From Lachnospiraceae bacterium (GTDB taxonomy: Bacteria; Bacillota; Clostridia; Lachnospirales; Lachnospiraceae): a stretch of 64,000 bases of DNA. Position numbers and translations under genes: made by a program. Within the stretch, counting starts at the first letter, position 1. The number at the start of each line of letters is the position of its first letter. This document shows positions 1-10,470 of the stretch, one piece after another. Location of the stretch: the NCBI GenBank assembly GCA_050944475.1, contig JBMNRD010000004.1:113963-177962 (forward strand), in the 5' to 3' direction. The notes under the pieces were generated by a model. It had not been told where the DNA came from, did not search any database, and saw only the letters and a list, made by a program, of their open reading frames with translations.

Positions 1-1161
1 CATCTGTGTAAGACCGCACGGTTCAAAACGGGAAGGCATCAGAACCACGTCCGCGCCGGCATACATCCGATGGGCAAGGTCGTTGTTAAACTGAACAGAC
101 GCGGAAAATTTTTGCGGGTCGGTACCGGCATAATATAAAAAGGCATTCTCATACTTTTGATCACCAATGCCTAAAACCGCAAGCTGCATGGAATGCTGCT
201 GAAATTCCGGAAGCAGATAGCTCACCAGATCCATTCCTTTCTGTTCGGTCAGACGGCTGATGATTACAAAAAGCGGAATCTCTTTTTTAACCTCAAGCCC
301 CAGTTCCTTTTGCAAAAGAAGCTTGTTCTCATGTTTTTTTGCAAGAGACGAGACATCGTAGTTCACCGGTATTTTCTTATCTTTTGCCGGATTCCAGACT
401 TGATAATCAATACCGTTTAAAATTCCGGACAGAGCATCTTTTCTTCTGTTAAACAGCCAATCCAGACCTTCTCCGTAATACGGCATACAGATTTCTTCCG
501 CATAAGTCGGACTGACTGTTGTAATCCGGTCGCAATAAATTGCCGCGCCCTGAAGATAATTTGCCGTATGTTTATCACTTAAAAGCTGAGCGGCTGCCGG
601 TGTTTTGGCAAGACCGCAGATGTCTCCGATTACAAAGTCTGAAAATTTTCCCTGGAATTTCAGGTTATGGATCGTAAATACGGTTTTGATACGTGTGAAT
701 TCCGGAATATCCATATACTGTTCCCTTAACAGGACAGGAACCAGCGCTGTATGCCAGTCGTTACAGTGAATAATATCCGGAACAAATTCGTCCGCAGACA
801 GGATGAATTCCAGAACCGCCTTGGAGAAAAAGGCGACTCGTTCGCCATCATCAAACTCCCCGTATACCTGATCCCGCTTAAAATAGTATTCGTTATCTAA
901 AAAGTAATACAGAATGCCTTTATGCTTTAAACGGAACAAACCGCAGTATTGATTGCGCCATCCGAGCGGTACGGAAAAGGCGGTGATAAATTCCATCTTC
1001 TTCACATATCTTTCCGGGATGGCGGAAAGCTTCGGCAGTACAACCCGGACATCAAAAGCAGAGGAGAAAATTGCGGCGGGAAGCGATCCTGCCACATCCC
1101 CTAAACCGCCGGTTTTTACAAAAGGAGCTGCCTCAAAGGCGGCAAATAATATTTTGGTCAA
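1..1161 (-). CDS. glgA: glycogen synthase (GT5), partial; C-terminus lies beyond the window start
   Basis: Not in the ORF track because its stop is off-window. Reverse translation from TTG at 1161-1159 reads TKILFAAFEAAPFVKTGGLGDVAGSL, the GlgA N-terminal KTGGL motif. The start overlaps the glgD stop (TTGA). It is the last gene of the glg cluster. Confidence 0.85.
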   Translation of the reverse strand, partial: MTKILFAAFEAAPFVKTGGLGDVAGSLPAAIFSSAFDVRVVLPKLSAIPERYVKKMEFITAFSVPLGWRNQYCGLFRLKHKGILYYFLDNEYYFKRDQVYGEFDDGERVAFFSKAVLEFILSADEFVPDIIHCNDWHTALVPVLLREQYMDIPEFTRIKTVFTIHNLKFQGKFSDFVIGDICGLAKTPAAAQLLSDKHTANYLQGAAIYCDRITTVSPTYAEEICMPYYGEGLDWLFNRRKDALSGILNGIDYQVWNPAKDKKIPVNYDVSSLAKKHENKLLLQKELGLEVKKEIPLFVIISRLTEQKGMDLVSYLLPEFQQHSMQLAVLGIGDQKYENAFLYYAGTDPQKFSASVQFNNDLAHRMYAGADVVLMPSRFEPCGLTQM

Positions 1162-2180
1162 ACAATCTGTCCTTTCTGTACATAGTATGGAGTCTCCATC
1201 GTGCCTTCCACACGTACATTTTCCATAACGTGTACTCTCTTATCGCAAATAAAGTTATTCAGATAAGCGCCCTCGCTGACGTTGCAGTCCTGCATCAGCA
1301 CGGAATTTTTCACTTTCGCGCCTTTGCGGATGTAAGAACTTCTGAAGATCACGCTGTTTTCCACTTCCCCCTCGATCATGCAGCCGGCCGCGATCAGGGA
1401 GTTTTTGACTTTCGAAGAAGGGCCGTAGAATGTTGGCGCTCTGTCCTGCACGTTTGTATAGATTTGGTTGTCCGGGTTAAAGAGAGCCGCCCGAATATCG
1501 TTATCCAACAAGGAAAGATTACCTTTCAGATAATCATGCATATTCTCAATGATTATCACTTCGCCGTCAAAATCATATCTGCCGATGCTTGCATCGCCAT
1601 GATAGTTTTCAATGATTGTCCGGAGTCCGAAGAAATCCAGGTTGCCGAACCAGGAGACAATGTCTATCAGGAAAGACCGGTTGATGATTACGCAATCAAG
1701 AGGGATATCCTTTCCATCCTTAACCGTATAAGCAACAGTCAGATCGTTGCCGCTTTGTTCATGCTGCTTGATCATAGGCTGGAAATTCATGTTGAAGATT
1801 TTATTGACCCCGCACAGGATTACGTAGTCCGCATTATCATAATCAATAAAACGAAAATTTAAAATAATATCTCTTAAAAGAAACCTGTCCGCGTCATTTT
1901 TTCTGCCGTAAACACTTCCCGGCAGCATAAACAGGTTGTTTGCTTTACGTCCGAATCCCCATGCTTTTCCGGCTCCGATATGATCAATCAGCGAACGGCT
2001 GTTGAAGGGCGTAATGATGCCGACGCAGCTGACGCCGGAATTTTTCAGGTTCGAAAGCGGAAAATCAATCAGCCGGTATCTGCCGCCGAAAGGCAGGGCT
2101 GCCAGACCACGCTCCTGTATCTTCGGATTGATTTCTTCAATGGCATAATTTGCGGAAATAAGTCCAATGGTTTTTTTCAT
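1158..2180 (-). CDS. glgD: glucose-1-phosphate adenylyltransferase regulatory subunit GlgD
   Basis: ORF 1158..2198. The motif LPFGGRYRLIDFPLSN is ADP-Glc pyrophosphorylase-like but lacks the GlgC GGxGxRL loop. It sits between glgC and glgA as in Bacillus. The likely start is ATG at 2180 (MKKTIGL), preceded by GAGGTGAG. Confidence 0.85.
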   Translation of the reverse strand: MKKTIGLISANYAIEEINPKIQERGLAALPFGGRYRLIDFPLSNLKNSGVSCVGIITPFNSRSLIDHIGAGKAWGFGRKANNLFMLPGSVYGRKNDADRFLLRDIILNFRFIDYDNADYVILCGVNKIFNMNFQPMIKQHEQSGNDLTVAYTVKDGKDIPLDCVIINRSFLIDIVSWFGNLDFFGLRTIIENYHGDASIGRYDFDGEVIIIENMHDYLKGNLSLLDNDIRAALFNPDNQIYTNVQDRAPTFYGPSSKVKNSLIAAGCMIEGEVENSVIFRSSYIRKGAKVKNSVLMQDCNVSEGAYLNNFICDKRVHVMENVRVEGTMETPYYVQKGQIV

Positions 2181-2185
2181 AATTC

Positions 2186-3319
2186 TCACCTCGCCCATTC
2201 ACTGTCGGCGCTTACTACTACGATTCTGCCGTCCGGATCTTTTATTACAGAGCCGTCTTTGACAGATACGCCTTCGTTAACAATCGCTTTTGTAATTTTG
2301 CAGTTTTTGCCGATCTGCGCGCCCGGCAGAAGCACGGAATCTGTGATTCCGGATCCCTCTCCGATAGTTACGGACGTAGCCAGACTGGATCGGGTCACAC
2401 TTCCGTCAACTACGCAACCGTTACAGACCAGAGACGTTTTGACCTTTCCCTTTTTCCCGATATAGTGGGCAGGGTAGAGGTTGGAATTGGAATAAATCTG
2501 ACTGCCTTCCCGGAATATCAGACATCCGATATCCCTGGTAATCATTTCCATTTGCGCTTCATAGTAGCTTTCTATTGTTCCGATATCTTTCCAGCAGCCC
2601 TCAAAAGAATATGAAAACAGGCGCTTTTTTTCTTCCAGCAATTTAGGAATAATGTTTTTTCCGAAATCGTGTTCGGAATCTTCTGCTTCATGGTCTTCCA
2701 ACAACGCTTTGCGAAGAATTGGCCACTTGAAAATATAAATTCCCATCGAGGCCAGAGTGCTGTCCGGTTTTTTCGGTTTTTCCGCAAATTTATAGATGCG
2801 GCCCTCCTCATCTGCGGACATGATGCCGAAGCGGCTTGCTTCTTTAAGAGAAACATTATATACGGAAATCGTAAGATCCGCGTCATGCTCGATATGCTCT
2901 TCCAGCATATCCGCGTAGTTCATTTTGTAAATATGATCTCCGGAAAGAATCAGCACATGTTCCGGGTCATAAATATCCACAAAGTCTATATTGTTGTAAA
3001 TAGCATCGGCAGTTCCCGCATACCAGCTGCCGCCGGTTTCTGTCGCGTACGGCGGGAGGATATGAACACCTCCGTGCGTGGAATCGAGATCCCAAGGCTC
3101 GCCGGTTCCGATATAGTGATTGAGCACAAGCGGTTTGTACTGTGTTAAAACACCGACGGTATCGATTGCCGAATTGACACAATTAGAAAGACTGAAATCG
3201 ATAATCCGGTACTTTCCTGCGAAAGAAACCGCCGGTTTGGCAATGTTTTTTGTCAACGCGCCGAGACGTCTGCCCTGGCCGCCTGCAAGAAGCATGGCAA
3301 TACATTTCTTTCCAGACAT
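2186..3319 (-). CDS. glgC: glucose-1-phosphate adenylyltransferase
   Basis: ORF 2186..3328. It contains [13 protein letters not shown] and [14 protein letters not shown] motifs. ATG at 3319 follows GGGAGGTG. Confidence 0.9.
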   Translation of the reverse strand: MSGKKCIAMLLAGGQGRRLGALTKNIAKPAVSFAGKYRIIDFSLSNCVNSAIDTVGVLTQYKPLVLNHYIGTGEPWDLDSTHGGVHILPPYATETGGSWYAGTADAIYNNIDFVDIYDPEHVLILSGDHIYKMNYADMLEEHIEHDADLTISVYNVSLKEASRFGIMSADEEGRIYKFAEKPKKPDSTLASMGIYIFKWPILRKALLEDHEAEDSEHDFGKNIIPKLLEEKKRLFSYSFEGCWKDIGTIESYYEAQMEMITRDIGCLIFREGSQIYSNSNLYPAHYIGKKGKVKTSLVCNGCVVDGSVTRSSLATSVTIGEGSGITDSVLLPGAQIGKNCKITKAIVNEGVSVKDGSVIKDPDGRIVVVSADSEWAR

Positions 3320-3344
3320 TTGCTGCACCTCCCTTTATTGTTTG

Positions 3345-5789
3345 TTATCGATGCTCCACATGCCAGATCTCATCCGCATATTCACGAACCGTACGGTCAC
3401 TCGAGAAAAAAGCGGATTTAGCAATGTTAGTCAGAGACATGGCACCCCATCTGCCCTCATCTCTATAAATTCGATCCAGATTTTCAAACGCTTTGATATA
3501 AGCGTCAAAATCTTTCAATACAAAGTACTCATCTCCCCGGGTCAGAAGATTATCATAGATTCCCCAGAATCCTATGGATTGTATATGTTCGTCCTTCAAG
3601 GTTCCGTCAACCAGCTGTGAAGTGATCCGTTTCAGTCTGAGATCCGCTTCAGCGGTTTCTTTGGCGTTATAGCCGCCATACATTGTAAAGCGGGATGTTT
3701 CTTCGGAAGTGAGTCCGAAAATTTCCATGTTTTCCTTCCCGACCTGCATAAGGATTTCCGCGTTGGCACCGTCCAGTGTGCCCAGCGTAACGGCGCCGTT
3801 CATCATGAATTTCATGTTCCCGGTTCCACTGGCTTCTTTTCCGGCGGTAGAAATCTGCTCGGAAATATCAGCGGCCGGATAAATCAGCTGGCCATTGGAG
3901 ACGCAGAAGTTTTCCACAAACACCACCTTGATTTTTTTGCTGACAACGGGATCGTTATTGACCAGGTTTGCCACTACATTGATCAGATGAACGACTTCTT
4001 TCGCAAAAGCATATCCCTGGGCGGCCTTTCCTGCAAAGAAAAATGTATAGGGAAGGATATCAAGGTCCGGATTTTGTTTAATGCGATTATAAAGATCCAT
4101 GATCTTAAATATATTTAAAAGCTGCCGTTTATATGCGTGGATTCGTTTAACCTGAATATCAAAAACGGAATCCGGATTTACGGATATTCCGGCGGTCTTT
4201 TTCATGTATTCAGCAAGTTTTTGTTTATTTTCTTTTTTAACCTGCCGGAGACGGGCTGTGACAGAAAAGTCGTCTTTATAATCCAGAAGCTTTTCTATCT
4301 GATTGAAATCACGGAGCCATTCGTCCCCGATTACATCGGTGATGAGTCTTGCAAGAGCCGGGTTAGACTGAATCATAAATCTTCTGTGGCTGACCCCGTT
4401 GGTCTTGTTATTGAAACGATTCGGATAGATTGCCTGAAAATCATAGAACACGTCATTCTTTAAAATTTCGCTATGCAGGGCGGCAACACCGTTTACGGAA
4501 TGGCTGCCTATGATCGACAGATTTGCCATACGGACCATATTATCCCATAAAATGGATGTTCTGCGTAATGTCTCATAATCCGCGCAGCCGCGCTTTTCCA
4601 TTTTTTCCCGGAAACGACGGTCAATCTCCTCGATAATCATATAGACACGAGGCAGCAGTTCCTTGAACATACCGATTGGCCAGCTTTCCATCGCTTCCGG
4701 CAGGATAGTGTGATTTGTAAAGGAAACGGTTTGCAGGGTAATTGTCCACGCGTCATCCCAGTCCAGATTTTCCTGATCAAGCAGCACCCGTATCAGCTCC
4801 GGAATACAAAGTGTCGGGTGGGTATCATTAATATGAATGCTGATCCGTTCAGGAAAACTAAGCCACTGGTCGGTTCCGTAGAGAGCCTTATAATTTCTGA
4901 CAATATTTTCAATGCCTGCCGCAACCATCAGATATTCCTGCCGGAGTCTGAGCTTTCGTCCCATGCCGTTGCTGTCATCCGGATAAAGGATGCTGGTCAT
5001 GGCATCAATATCACAGCGTTCTTTCATTGCCGCCGCATAATCTCCGCGGTTGAAAGCATCCATATCAATGGTCTCGCGCATCGGCTGCGCGTCAAAGAGA
5101 TGAAGCACACCGACATTTTCCCCGCCTTCTCCGACTATCGGCACGTCGTACGGAACAGCGTAGACACATTGGTAACCTTTATGCGCGAAATGGGTGACTC
5201 CGTCTATATAGGTTCTCTCCACATGGCCGCCGAACCGCACGATGACAGTATCTTCCGGATGCTTGACTTCCCATGGATAATCATTTTGCAACCATGTGTC
5301 CGGGAGCTCGATTTGTTTGCCGTTTTTAATCATTTGCCGGAACAGACCGAATTTATAGCGGAGGCCTATACCGGCGCCATCGATTCCGATAGCGGCCATC
5401 GAATCTAAAAAGCAGGCGGCAAGGCGGCCGAGACCGCCGTTTCCGAGACCCGGATCCGGTTCGAATTCAAATAACTCCTCCAGATTGTCCCCCATCTCTT
5501 CCAGTGCCTCTGCGACAACATCCCGCACGCCAAGGTTATAGAGGTAATTTTCCAAGAGTCTTCCAATAAGAAACTCCATGGAAAAATAAAAGACTTTCTT
5601 CTGGCCGGTCTCAATGGAGGTGTTTACATTTTCAGAGCGAATGCTTCCGGCCTCGGTAGCTATCATCTCTGCAAGCGCCATATATTTTTCGTAACCGGTA
5701 CAGTTTTTATATGGTTTTGCGTAAATGCTTCTGAGCGTTTGCTCGAAATGATGTTTAAAGTTTTCTTTGTTGCTGAACATACATGTCAT
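3345..5789 (-). CDS. glgP: glycogen/maltodextrin phosphorylase (GT35)
   Basis: 814 aa. It has the PLP-lysine motif EASGTGNMKFMMNGA. ATGA overlap with the glgB stop. Confidence 0.9.
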   Translation of the reverse strand: MTCMFSNKENFKHHFEQTLRSIYAKPYKNCTGYEKYMALAEMIATEAGSIRSENVNTSIETGQKKVFYFSMEFLIGRLLENYLYNLGVRDVVAEALEEMGDNLEELFEFEPDPGLGNGGLGRLAACFLDSMAAIGIDGAGIGLRYKFGLFRQMIKNGKQIELPDTWLQNDYPWEVKHPEDTVIVRFGGHVERTYIDGVTHFAHKGYQCVYAVPYDVPIVGEGGENVGVLHLFDAQPMRETIDMDAFNRGDYAAAMKERCDIDAMTSILYPDDSNGMGRKLRLRQEYLMVAAGIENIVRNYKALYGTDQWLSFPERISIHINDTHPTLCIPELIRVLLDQENLDWDDAWTITLQTVSFTNHTILPEAMESWPIGMFKELLPRVYMIIEEIDRRFREKMEKRGCADYETLRRTSILWDNMVRMANLSIIGSHSVNGVAALHSEILKNDVFYDFQAIYPNRFNNKTNGVSHRRFMIQSNPALARLITDVIGDEWLRDFNQIEKLLDYKDDFSVTARLRQVKKENKQKLAEYMKKTAGISVNPDSVFDIQVKRIHAYKRQLLNIFKIMDLYNRIKQNPDLDILPYTFFFAGKAAQGYAFAKEVVHLINVVANLVNNDPVVSKKIKVVFVENFCVSNGQLIYPAADISEQISTAGKEASGTGNMKFMMNGAVTLGTLDGANAEILMQVGKENMEIFGLTSEETSRFTMYGGYNAKETAEADLRLKRITSQLVDGTLKDEHIQSIGFWGIYDNLLTRGDEYFVLKDFDAYIKAFENLDRIYRDEGRWGAMSLTNIAKSAFFSSDRTVREYADEIWHVEHR

Positions 5790-7726
5790 CCTTTTCTATT
5801 TGTTCTTTTCCATACAGCGCCTCCCACCGGAGGGATTGTAATTTCGATGGAATACGGCTGTCCGTGCATCGGAATTTTCTGTGCCGTAACCGGCTTGTTT
5901 AAGATCTGACCGCTTCCGCCGTAGGACGGGGCATCAGAATTAAATATTTCTTTATAAATTCCCGGTTTCGGGACTCCGATCCGAAATCCTTTGTAGGTCT
6001 GCACTCCGAAATTCAAAGCGCAGATCAGGCGGCTTCTGCCTCCGGCGCTGGTTCTTATATAACTTAAAATGTTCTGCTTGCTGTTATCCGCATCCAGCCA
6101 TGTAAAACCGAACCAGTCATGATCGTTGCTCCAGAGGGCAATTTCCGACTTATAAAAATAATTCAGCGCTTTGACATAATCTTTATGCTTGGCATGCGCT
6201 TCATAGTCCAGAAGGAACCACTCCAGCTCTTCATATTCGCGCCATTCGATAAAGACCGCGAGTTCGCTTCCCATGAAATTCAGCTTCTTGCCCGGATGCG
6301 TCATCTGGTATAAGAGCAGCAGACGAAGATTCGCAAACTGCCTCCAGTAATCGCCCGGCATCCGGCCGATCAAAGATTTTTTCCCATGAACCACCTCATC
6401 ATGTGATAAGGGTAAAACAAAATTTTCATTAAACGCGTACATCATGGAAAAAGTCAGACGTTCGTGGAATTCGCTGCGGGACGGAAAATCTGTCTGCATG
6501 AAGCTGAGCGTATCATTCATCCAGCCCATGTTCCATTTATAGTGAAAGCCCAGCCCTCCGACATCCGGCGGATAAGTGACCAGCGGCCACGCCGTACTTT
6601 CCTCCGCGAAAGTATAGACCTCCGGAAAATACCGGCCGATCATGCGGGAGAGTTCCTGCAAAAATACGATCGCGTTCAGATCCGAATCGGAGCCGTCCTT
6701 ATTGAACCGTTTTTTCTTTTCATCATCAATACCGAAGTTCATATATAAAATGCTGCTGACGCCGTCGACACGGATTCCGTCAGCATGGAACTGTTCCAGC
6801 CAGAACATGGCGGAGGAAAGGAGAAAACTGCGCACCTCGCCTCTTCCGTAGTCAAACTTGAACGTGCCCCAGTTCGGATGTTCCCGTTCTTCATAAAGCT
6901 TCCGTCCGTTAAAGGAGCAAAGACCATGGGCGTCTCTGCAGAAATGCCCCGGTACCCAGTCTAAGATTACGCCCAAACCGGATTGGTGACAGCGGTCGAT
7001 AAAATACATCAAATCCTGCGGTGTGCCATACCGGGAGGTAGCGGAAAAGAAGCCGGTCGTCTGATATCCCCAAGAGGCATCAAAGGGGTGCTCCATGACC
7101 GGGAGGATCTCAAGATGGGTGTATCCCATGTTCTTAACATAAGGGATCAGGATATCTGCCAGCTCTCTGTAAGAATAAAATTCCGGGCATGCCGTATTGT
7201 CCGTATCATCTCTTACCGCCGGGGGCCTCTTCCAGGAGCCTAAATGCACCTCATAGATATTTCCGGGTTCTTTGAAATGATCTTTCTGCTTTCTCTTTTC
7301 CATCCACAGCTGATCCTGCCACCGGTATTCTATATCCCAGATAACGGATGCCGTATCCGGACGTTTCTGGGAATAAATCGCATACGGATCTGCTTTGTAG
7401 AGTAGCTTTCCTCCGGATGTTTCAATCAGATATTTATAGCACATGCCTTTTTCAGGACCTTTCAGAACACCGGTCCATACGCCGCCGGTTCCGAGCGGTT
7501 TCAGATAATCACCGCCATCCGAGCAGCTGCCCTTTCGGCTTTTCCAGTCATTCCAGTCTCCGATAACAGACACGCTTTTCACAGAGGGAGCCCAGACGGT
7601 AAAGCGCACGCCCGCTTGCTCAATGTGAGAGCCGAAAATATGATAAGCGTGGTAATATTTTCCCTCGCCGAAAATATAGAGCAAATCTTCTGTTGGAACG
7701 GAAGATATCGTTTTCAATCCCGGCAA
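5786..7726 (-). CDS. glgB: 1,4-alpha-glucan branching enzyme (GH13)
   Basis: 646 aa with GH13 motifs (GVILDWVPGHF, GIRVDGVSS, AEESTAWP). The start is a TTG and is uncertain (7726 or 7717). GAGGAGGGA lies upstream. Confidence 0.9.
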   Translation of the reverse strand: MPGLKTISSVPTEDLLYIFGEGKYYHAYHIFGSHIEQAGVRFTVWAPSVKSVSVIGDWNDWKSRKGSCSDGGDYLKPLGTGGVWTGVLKGPEKGMCYKYLIETSGGKLLYKADPYAIYSQKRPDTASVIWDIEYRWQDQLWMEKRKQKDHFKEPGNIYEVHLGSWKRPPAVRDDTDNTACPEFYSYRELADILIPYVKNMGYTHLEILPVMEHPFDASWGYQTTGFFSATSRYGTPQDLMYFIDRCHQSGLGVILDWVPGHFCRDAHGLCSFNGRKLYEEREHPNWGTFKFDYGRGEVRSFLLSSAMFWLEQFHADGIRVDGVSSILYMNFGIDDEKKKRFNKDGSDSDLNAIVFLQELSRMIGRYFPEVYTFAEESTAWPLVTYPPDVGGLGFHYKWNMGWMNDTLSFMQTDFPSRSEFHERLTFSMMYAFNENFVLPLSHDEVVHGKKSLIGRMPGDYWRQFANLRLLLLYQMTHPGKKLNFMGSELAVFIEWREYEELEWFLLDYEAHAKHKDYVKALNYFYKSEIALWSNDHDWFGFTWLDADNSKQNILSYIRTSAGGRSRLICALNFGVQTYKGFRIGVPKPGIYKEIFNSDAPSYGGSGQILNKPVTAQKIPMHGQPYSIEITIPPVGGAVWKRTNRKG

Positions 7727-7751
7727 TCCCTCCTCTTTTTAATGTAATTAT

Positions 7752-7760
7752 ATTATATCA
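7752..7760 (-). promoter_or_regulatory. extended -10 element (TGaTATAAT) upstream of glgB
   Basis: The minus strand reads TGATATAAT about 25-35 nt upstream of the glgB start and its SD. The -35 is weak. Confidence 0.45.
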
Positions 7761-7837
7761 CAGAGGGTTGCTATCTGGAATGCTCATTATAGAGAAAAAG
7801 CACGCCGTTATGTGAAATTTAGTTCAAAAATTTTTTG

Positions 7838-7870
7838 ATAAAAAACCGACCTGCTTTAAGCAGGTCGGTT
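7838..7870 (-). terminator. rho-independent terminator (usable on both strands, better on minus)
   Basis: 9-bp GC-rich stem CCGACCTGC / GCAGGTCGG with a 5-nt loop. On the minus strand a U-run (TTTTTTATC) follows it. Confidence 0.7.
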
Positions 7871-8316
7871 CTTGGTGTGGTCTTTACTCTTTTTGCCGCC
7901 CGAGGAGAATCGGCGGGACTTGTTGCGATTTTTGGAACAGCTTGTAAGGCATTTGTGAGTATTTCCACTCTTCCCCCAATTTCTTTTTTCTCGTATTTGG
8001 GGTTGCTTTTCCTATAAAAACAGGGCTTTTTTATGTTTTTATTATTTATCATATCTCGCATTGCAAAAAGTGTTGCAAAATGGACTAAAAATAATAACGA
8101 GTGGCTATAGGATTATACCAACAATCAATCACAATTTGCTACTCTTTCCTTATCAGACGATAAAATAACTATCATTTATAATTATTTACCAATATTAGCA
8201 GCAAGCCTTGAAATCTAAAAAACAATGCACACAAGACATTTTAATTTTGATTATAATCACCTCATTCTTACATGTATTATAAAAAATCATTCTTGTATGT
8301 TTCATTTTTTGATAAG

Positions 8317-9783
8317 TTATTTCGGATATTTAATATTTTCATCTTTCCAAGTTTTTAGAACAAAATTGTAGCAGTTACCGTTTGAATCCATCATTTTATT
8401 TACAATTGGCACCATTTTTTTTACCGAATCAGAGTGGGAAGATGCCAATAATATTCCTGCTTTCGGATTATGGCCATCCATGACAAGACCATCCCAATAC
8501 ATTCTCAATTGATATAGATCTCGTAAGGTCGTAATGTCACGCTTCCCTTCATAAAGCGTTATTTCACCATTCAAACTAATAAAAAGATCTATACGCATCT
8601 TCTCTTCAACAGAAATAAACGCAAATTGTTCAGTAGTAACCGTTTTGGGCTCAGGCAAATGAGTTTCTTTAGCCTTTTTAAGCTCGTCAATTAAATCAAG
8701 TTCATTATCTGTATCGGCAAGATGCTTTGGAGGCTCGGGCATGTGACTTCTTATCCATTCATATAGTTTGTCGAGCTTTTCATCACCTTCACGAAGCCCG
8801 TTTTTTGATGTACGGGTTGGAGGTAAATATTCTTTCTTGTCAGATACTAAATTTATCTGTACTAACAAATGATTATACGAATTGTGTTTCTCAGTTGCCC
8901 AAATTTCTTTGAACAGATTGTAAGCAAGTACTCTACCATTAATGCGTAACTCTACGCCTGAAGAGGACATATTCCTTTTGTAATATTTTTTGCTATCAGT
9001 TTTCTCCTTAATGCCACCAAAAGAATATTCTATTTTTACAACGCCTTTACCAAGATCCTTTTCAGCAGTACCGTTTCCTGGCTGATAAAATTGCTCCCAA
9101 TCAGGTTCAATTGCCTTTACTTGTGTTGTAACATTGCCCCCTTGATTATCATTTTTTTCAACCACAATAGTTGCATCTCCATCTTTTATGTTTCCAGCAT
9201 AAATAAATCCCAAATCTTCAACTAACAAATCGAGAATAGTATTAAAGTTTGCATAGCTACCTCGCATTCCTCTATGAATTGTCTTAAACATTTCTCTAGA
9301 ACAAGTAAACTCAACAATTGTTCCAGTTCTAAACGGCCCTTTCCAACCTTTCTCAACGGCTGCTTTTAAACTTCCCATTTGATATGGTGCAGTTATTACT
9401 ACATGTTCATCTTTTTTGGCATTTTCATCAGTTCTAGTTAATATTTTCCAATTATCGTTAAGGGGATTAGCACTCGCTAAGGCATGCTTAAACCCAAAAC
9501 CGTGTTTGTTAAGAGGTGTTTCTGAAGCATCTTGATTGCCTAAAGTAAATGCTTTATCAAGCTTTTTGATGCCAGTACCAGTGTCCTTAATTACAACTCT
9601 TATTTCAGGTTCTTCATAAAATTCTATTATTATGTTTTTAATTGAAGAATTATTCGCCTTTAAATTCGAAATGCTATTGTCTACAAATTCACATATTATT
9701 TGAACTAGCGAATCAAAGTGCCCTCCAATGCCTTGCCAAAGATCATTTGCAGATGGGGTGTTTTTAATAATAAAATTGCTCAT
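8317..9783 (-). CDS. MORC-like GHKL ATPase fused to a putative PD-(D/E)xK nuclease domain
   Basis: 488 aa. Bergerat-fold motifs are present: N box E32-FVD-N36, G1 D67-T-G-T-G71, G2 HGFGFKH (94-100), then GTIVEF (154-159). An S5-like segment GVELRINGRVL follows. The C-terminus has RID399LF...LYE412GK414, followed by QLRMYW. SD-like GGTGA lies 4 nt upstream of the ATG. Confidence 0.65.
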   Translation of the reverse strand: MSNFIIKNTPSANDLWQGIGGHFDSLVQIICEFVDNSISNLKANNSSIKNIIIEFYEEPEIRVVIKDTGTGIKKLDKAFTLGNQDASETPLNKHGFGFKHALASANPLNDNWKILTRTDENAKKDEHVVITAPYQMGSLKAAVEKGWKGPFRTGTIVEFTCSREMFKTIHRGMRGSYANFNTILDLLVEDLGFIYAGNIKDGDATIVVEKNDNQGGNVTTQVKAIEPDWEQFYQPGNGTAEKDLGKGVVKIEYSFGGIKEKTDSKKYYKRNMSSSGVELRINGRVLAYNLFKEIWATEKHNSYNHLLVQINLVSDKKEYLPPTRTSKNGLREGDEKLDKLYEWIRSHMPEPPKHLADTDNELDLIDELKKAKETHLPEPKTVTTEQFAFISVEEKMRIDLFISLNGEITLYEGKRDITTLRDLYQLRMYWDGLVMDGHNPKAGILLASSHSDSVKKMVPIVNKMMDSNGNCYNFVLKTWKDENIKYPK

Positions 9784-9823
9784 AATTCACCATTGCCTTT
9801 CTTGTTTTATGTGACATATATTT

Positions 9824-9851
9824 AAAATATTAATAATCAAAATGTTGACAA
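9824..9851 (-). promoter_or_regulatory. possible sigma-A promoter for the GHKL gene (TTGTCA-N16-TATTTT)
   Basis: Read on the minus strand, about 40 nt upstream of the ATG at 9783. In AT-rich DNA this could be a chance match. Confidence 0.3.
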
Positions 9852-10470
9852 TTCGTTCCTTAAACGAACAACTACTTCTCTAAAAAAAGCAACATCCAAA
9901 ATAAAAATATTTTTCTCTAACATATAAAATCCTGAAGCAATTTTATCATTTTTTAAAAAATAAATCAGCACCTCAACGATTTTTTCAAATGGTGAATATG
10001 TAGAAAACAATTTGTGCAACTCCACGATTTTATCCCTTAATATAAAAACATATTCAATAGGGGAAGATTGCGCGACTCTCCTCGATTTATGGGGTCATAT
10101 CCTTTTTCTAATACTGTCTTATTCCCACTCTCCATTGGTAAAAATTCAAAGGGTGAAAAGATTGGTATTTTAATCTTTTTAACAGCTCATATCCGTTTTG
10201 TTCGCCTTGTTTCAACTCATTTATATATTGTTTTACCCGTTCCAGTCCCAGTTCCGGTTTATAAATTAACTTATTTTTTCCCCTCTTTTCAGTTTCTTTG
10301 TGACTTCATAAAACTGTATTTGTTTTCAATCTGTTACATAATTTAATATGAAATACTCACCCAATACCCCTAAGAGCTTTCCTTTATCCATTTTAGATGT
10401 ATGTGTATAAAATAGCATTCCTATCTCATTATATTTATCGTTTCTCGCAGGCTGTTTTCCATCATTATTA

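Noticed and set aside
1071-1862. 263-aa plus-strand ORF antisense to glgD. Similar long antisense ORFs occur at 13712-14557, 20962-21783, 41420-42016, 62247-63155 and 62332-63165.
   Set aside because: Each lies fully inside a confidently identified gene on the opposite strand. Their translations are low-complexity or motif-free, as expected for shadow ORFs in G+C-rich coding DNA.
7819-8061. 80-aa Lys-rich minus-strand ORF at the islet edge.
   Set aside because: It has no SD and reads through the GC-rich terminator hairpin, ending beyond it. It is more likely non-coding.
9837-10346. 62-aa minus-strand ORF (GTG start) and 92-aa plus-strand ORF in the islet middle.
   Set aside because: No SD, no motifs and odd composition. 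They are treated as part of the decayed region rather than as genes.
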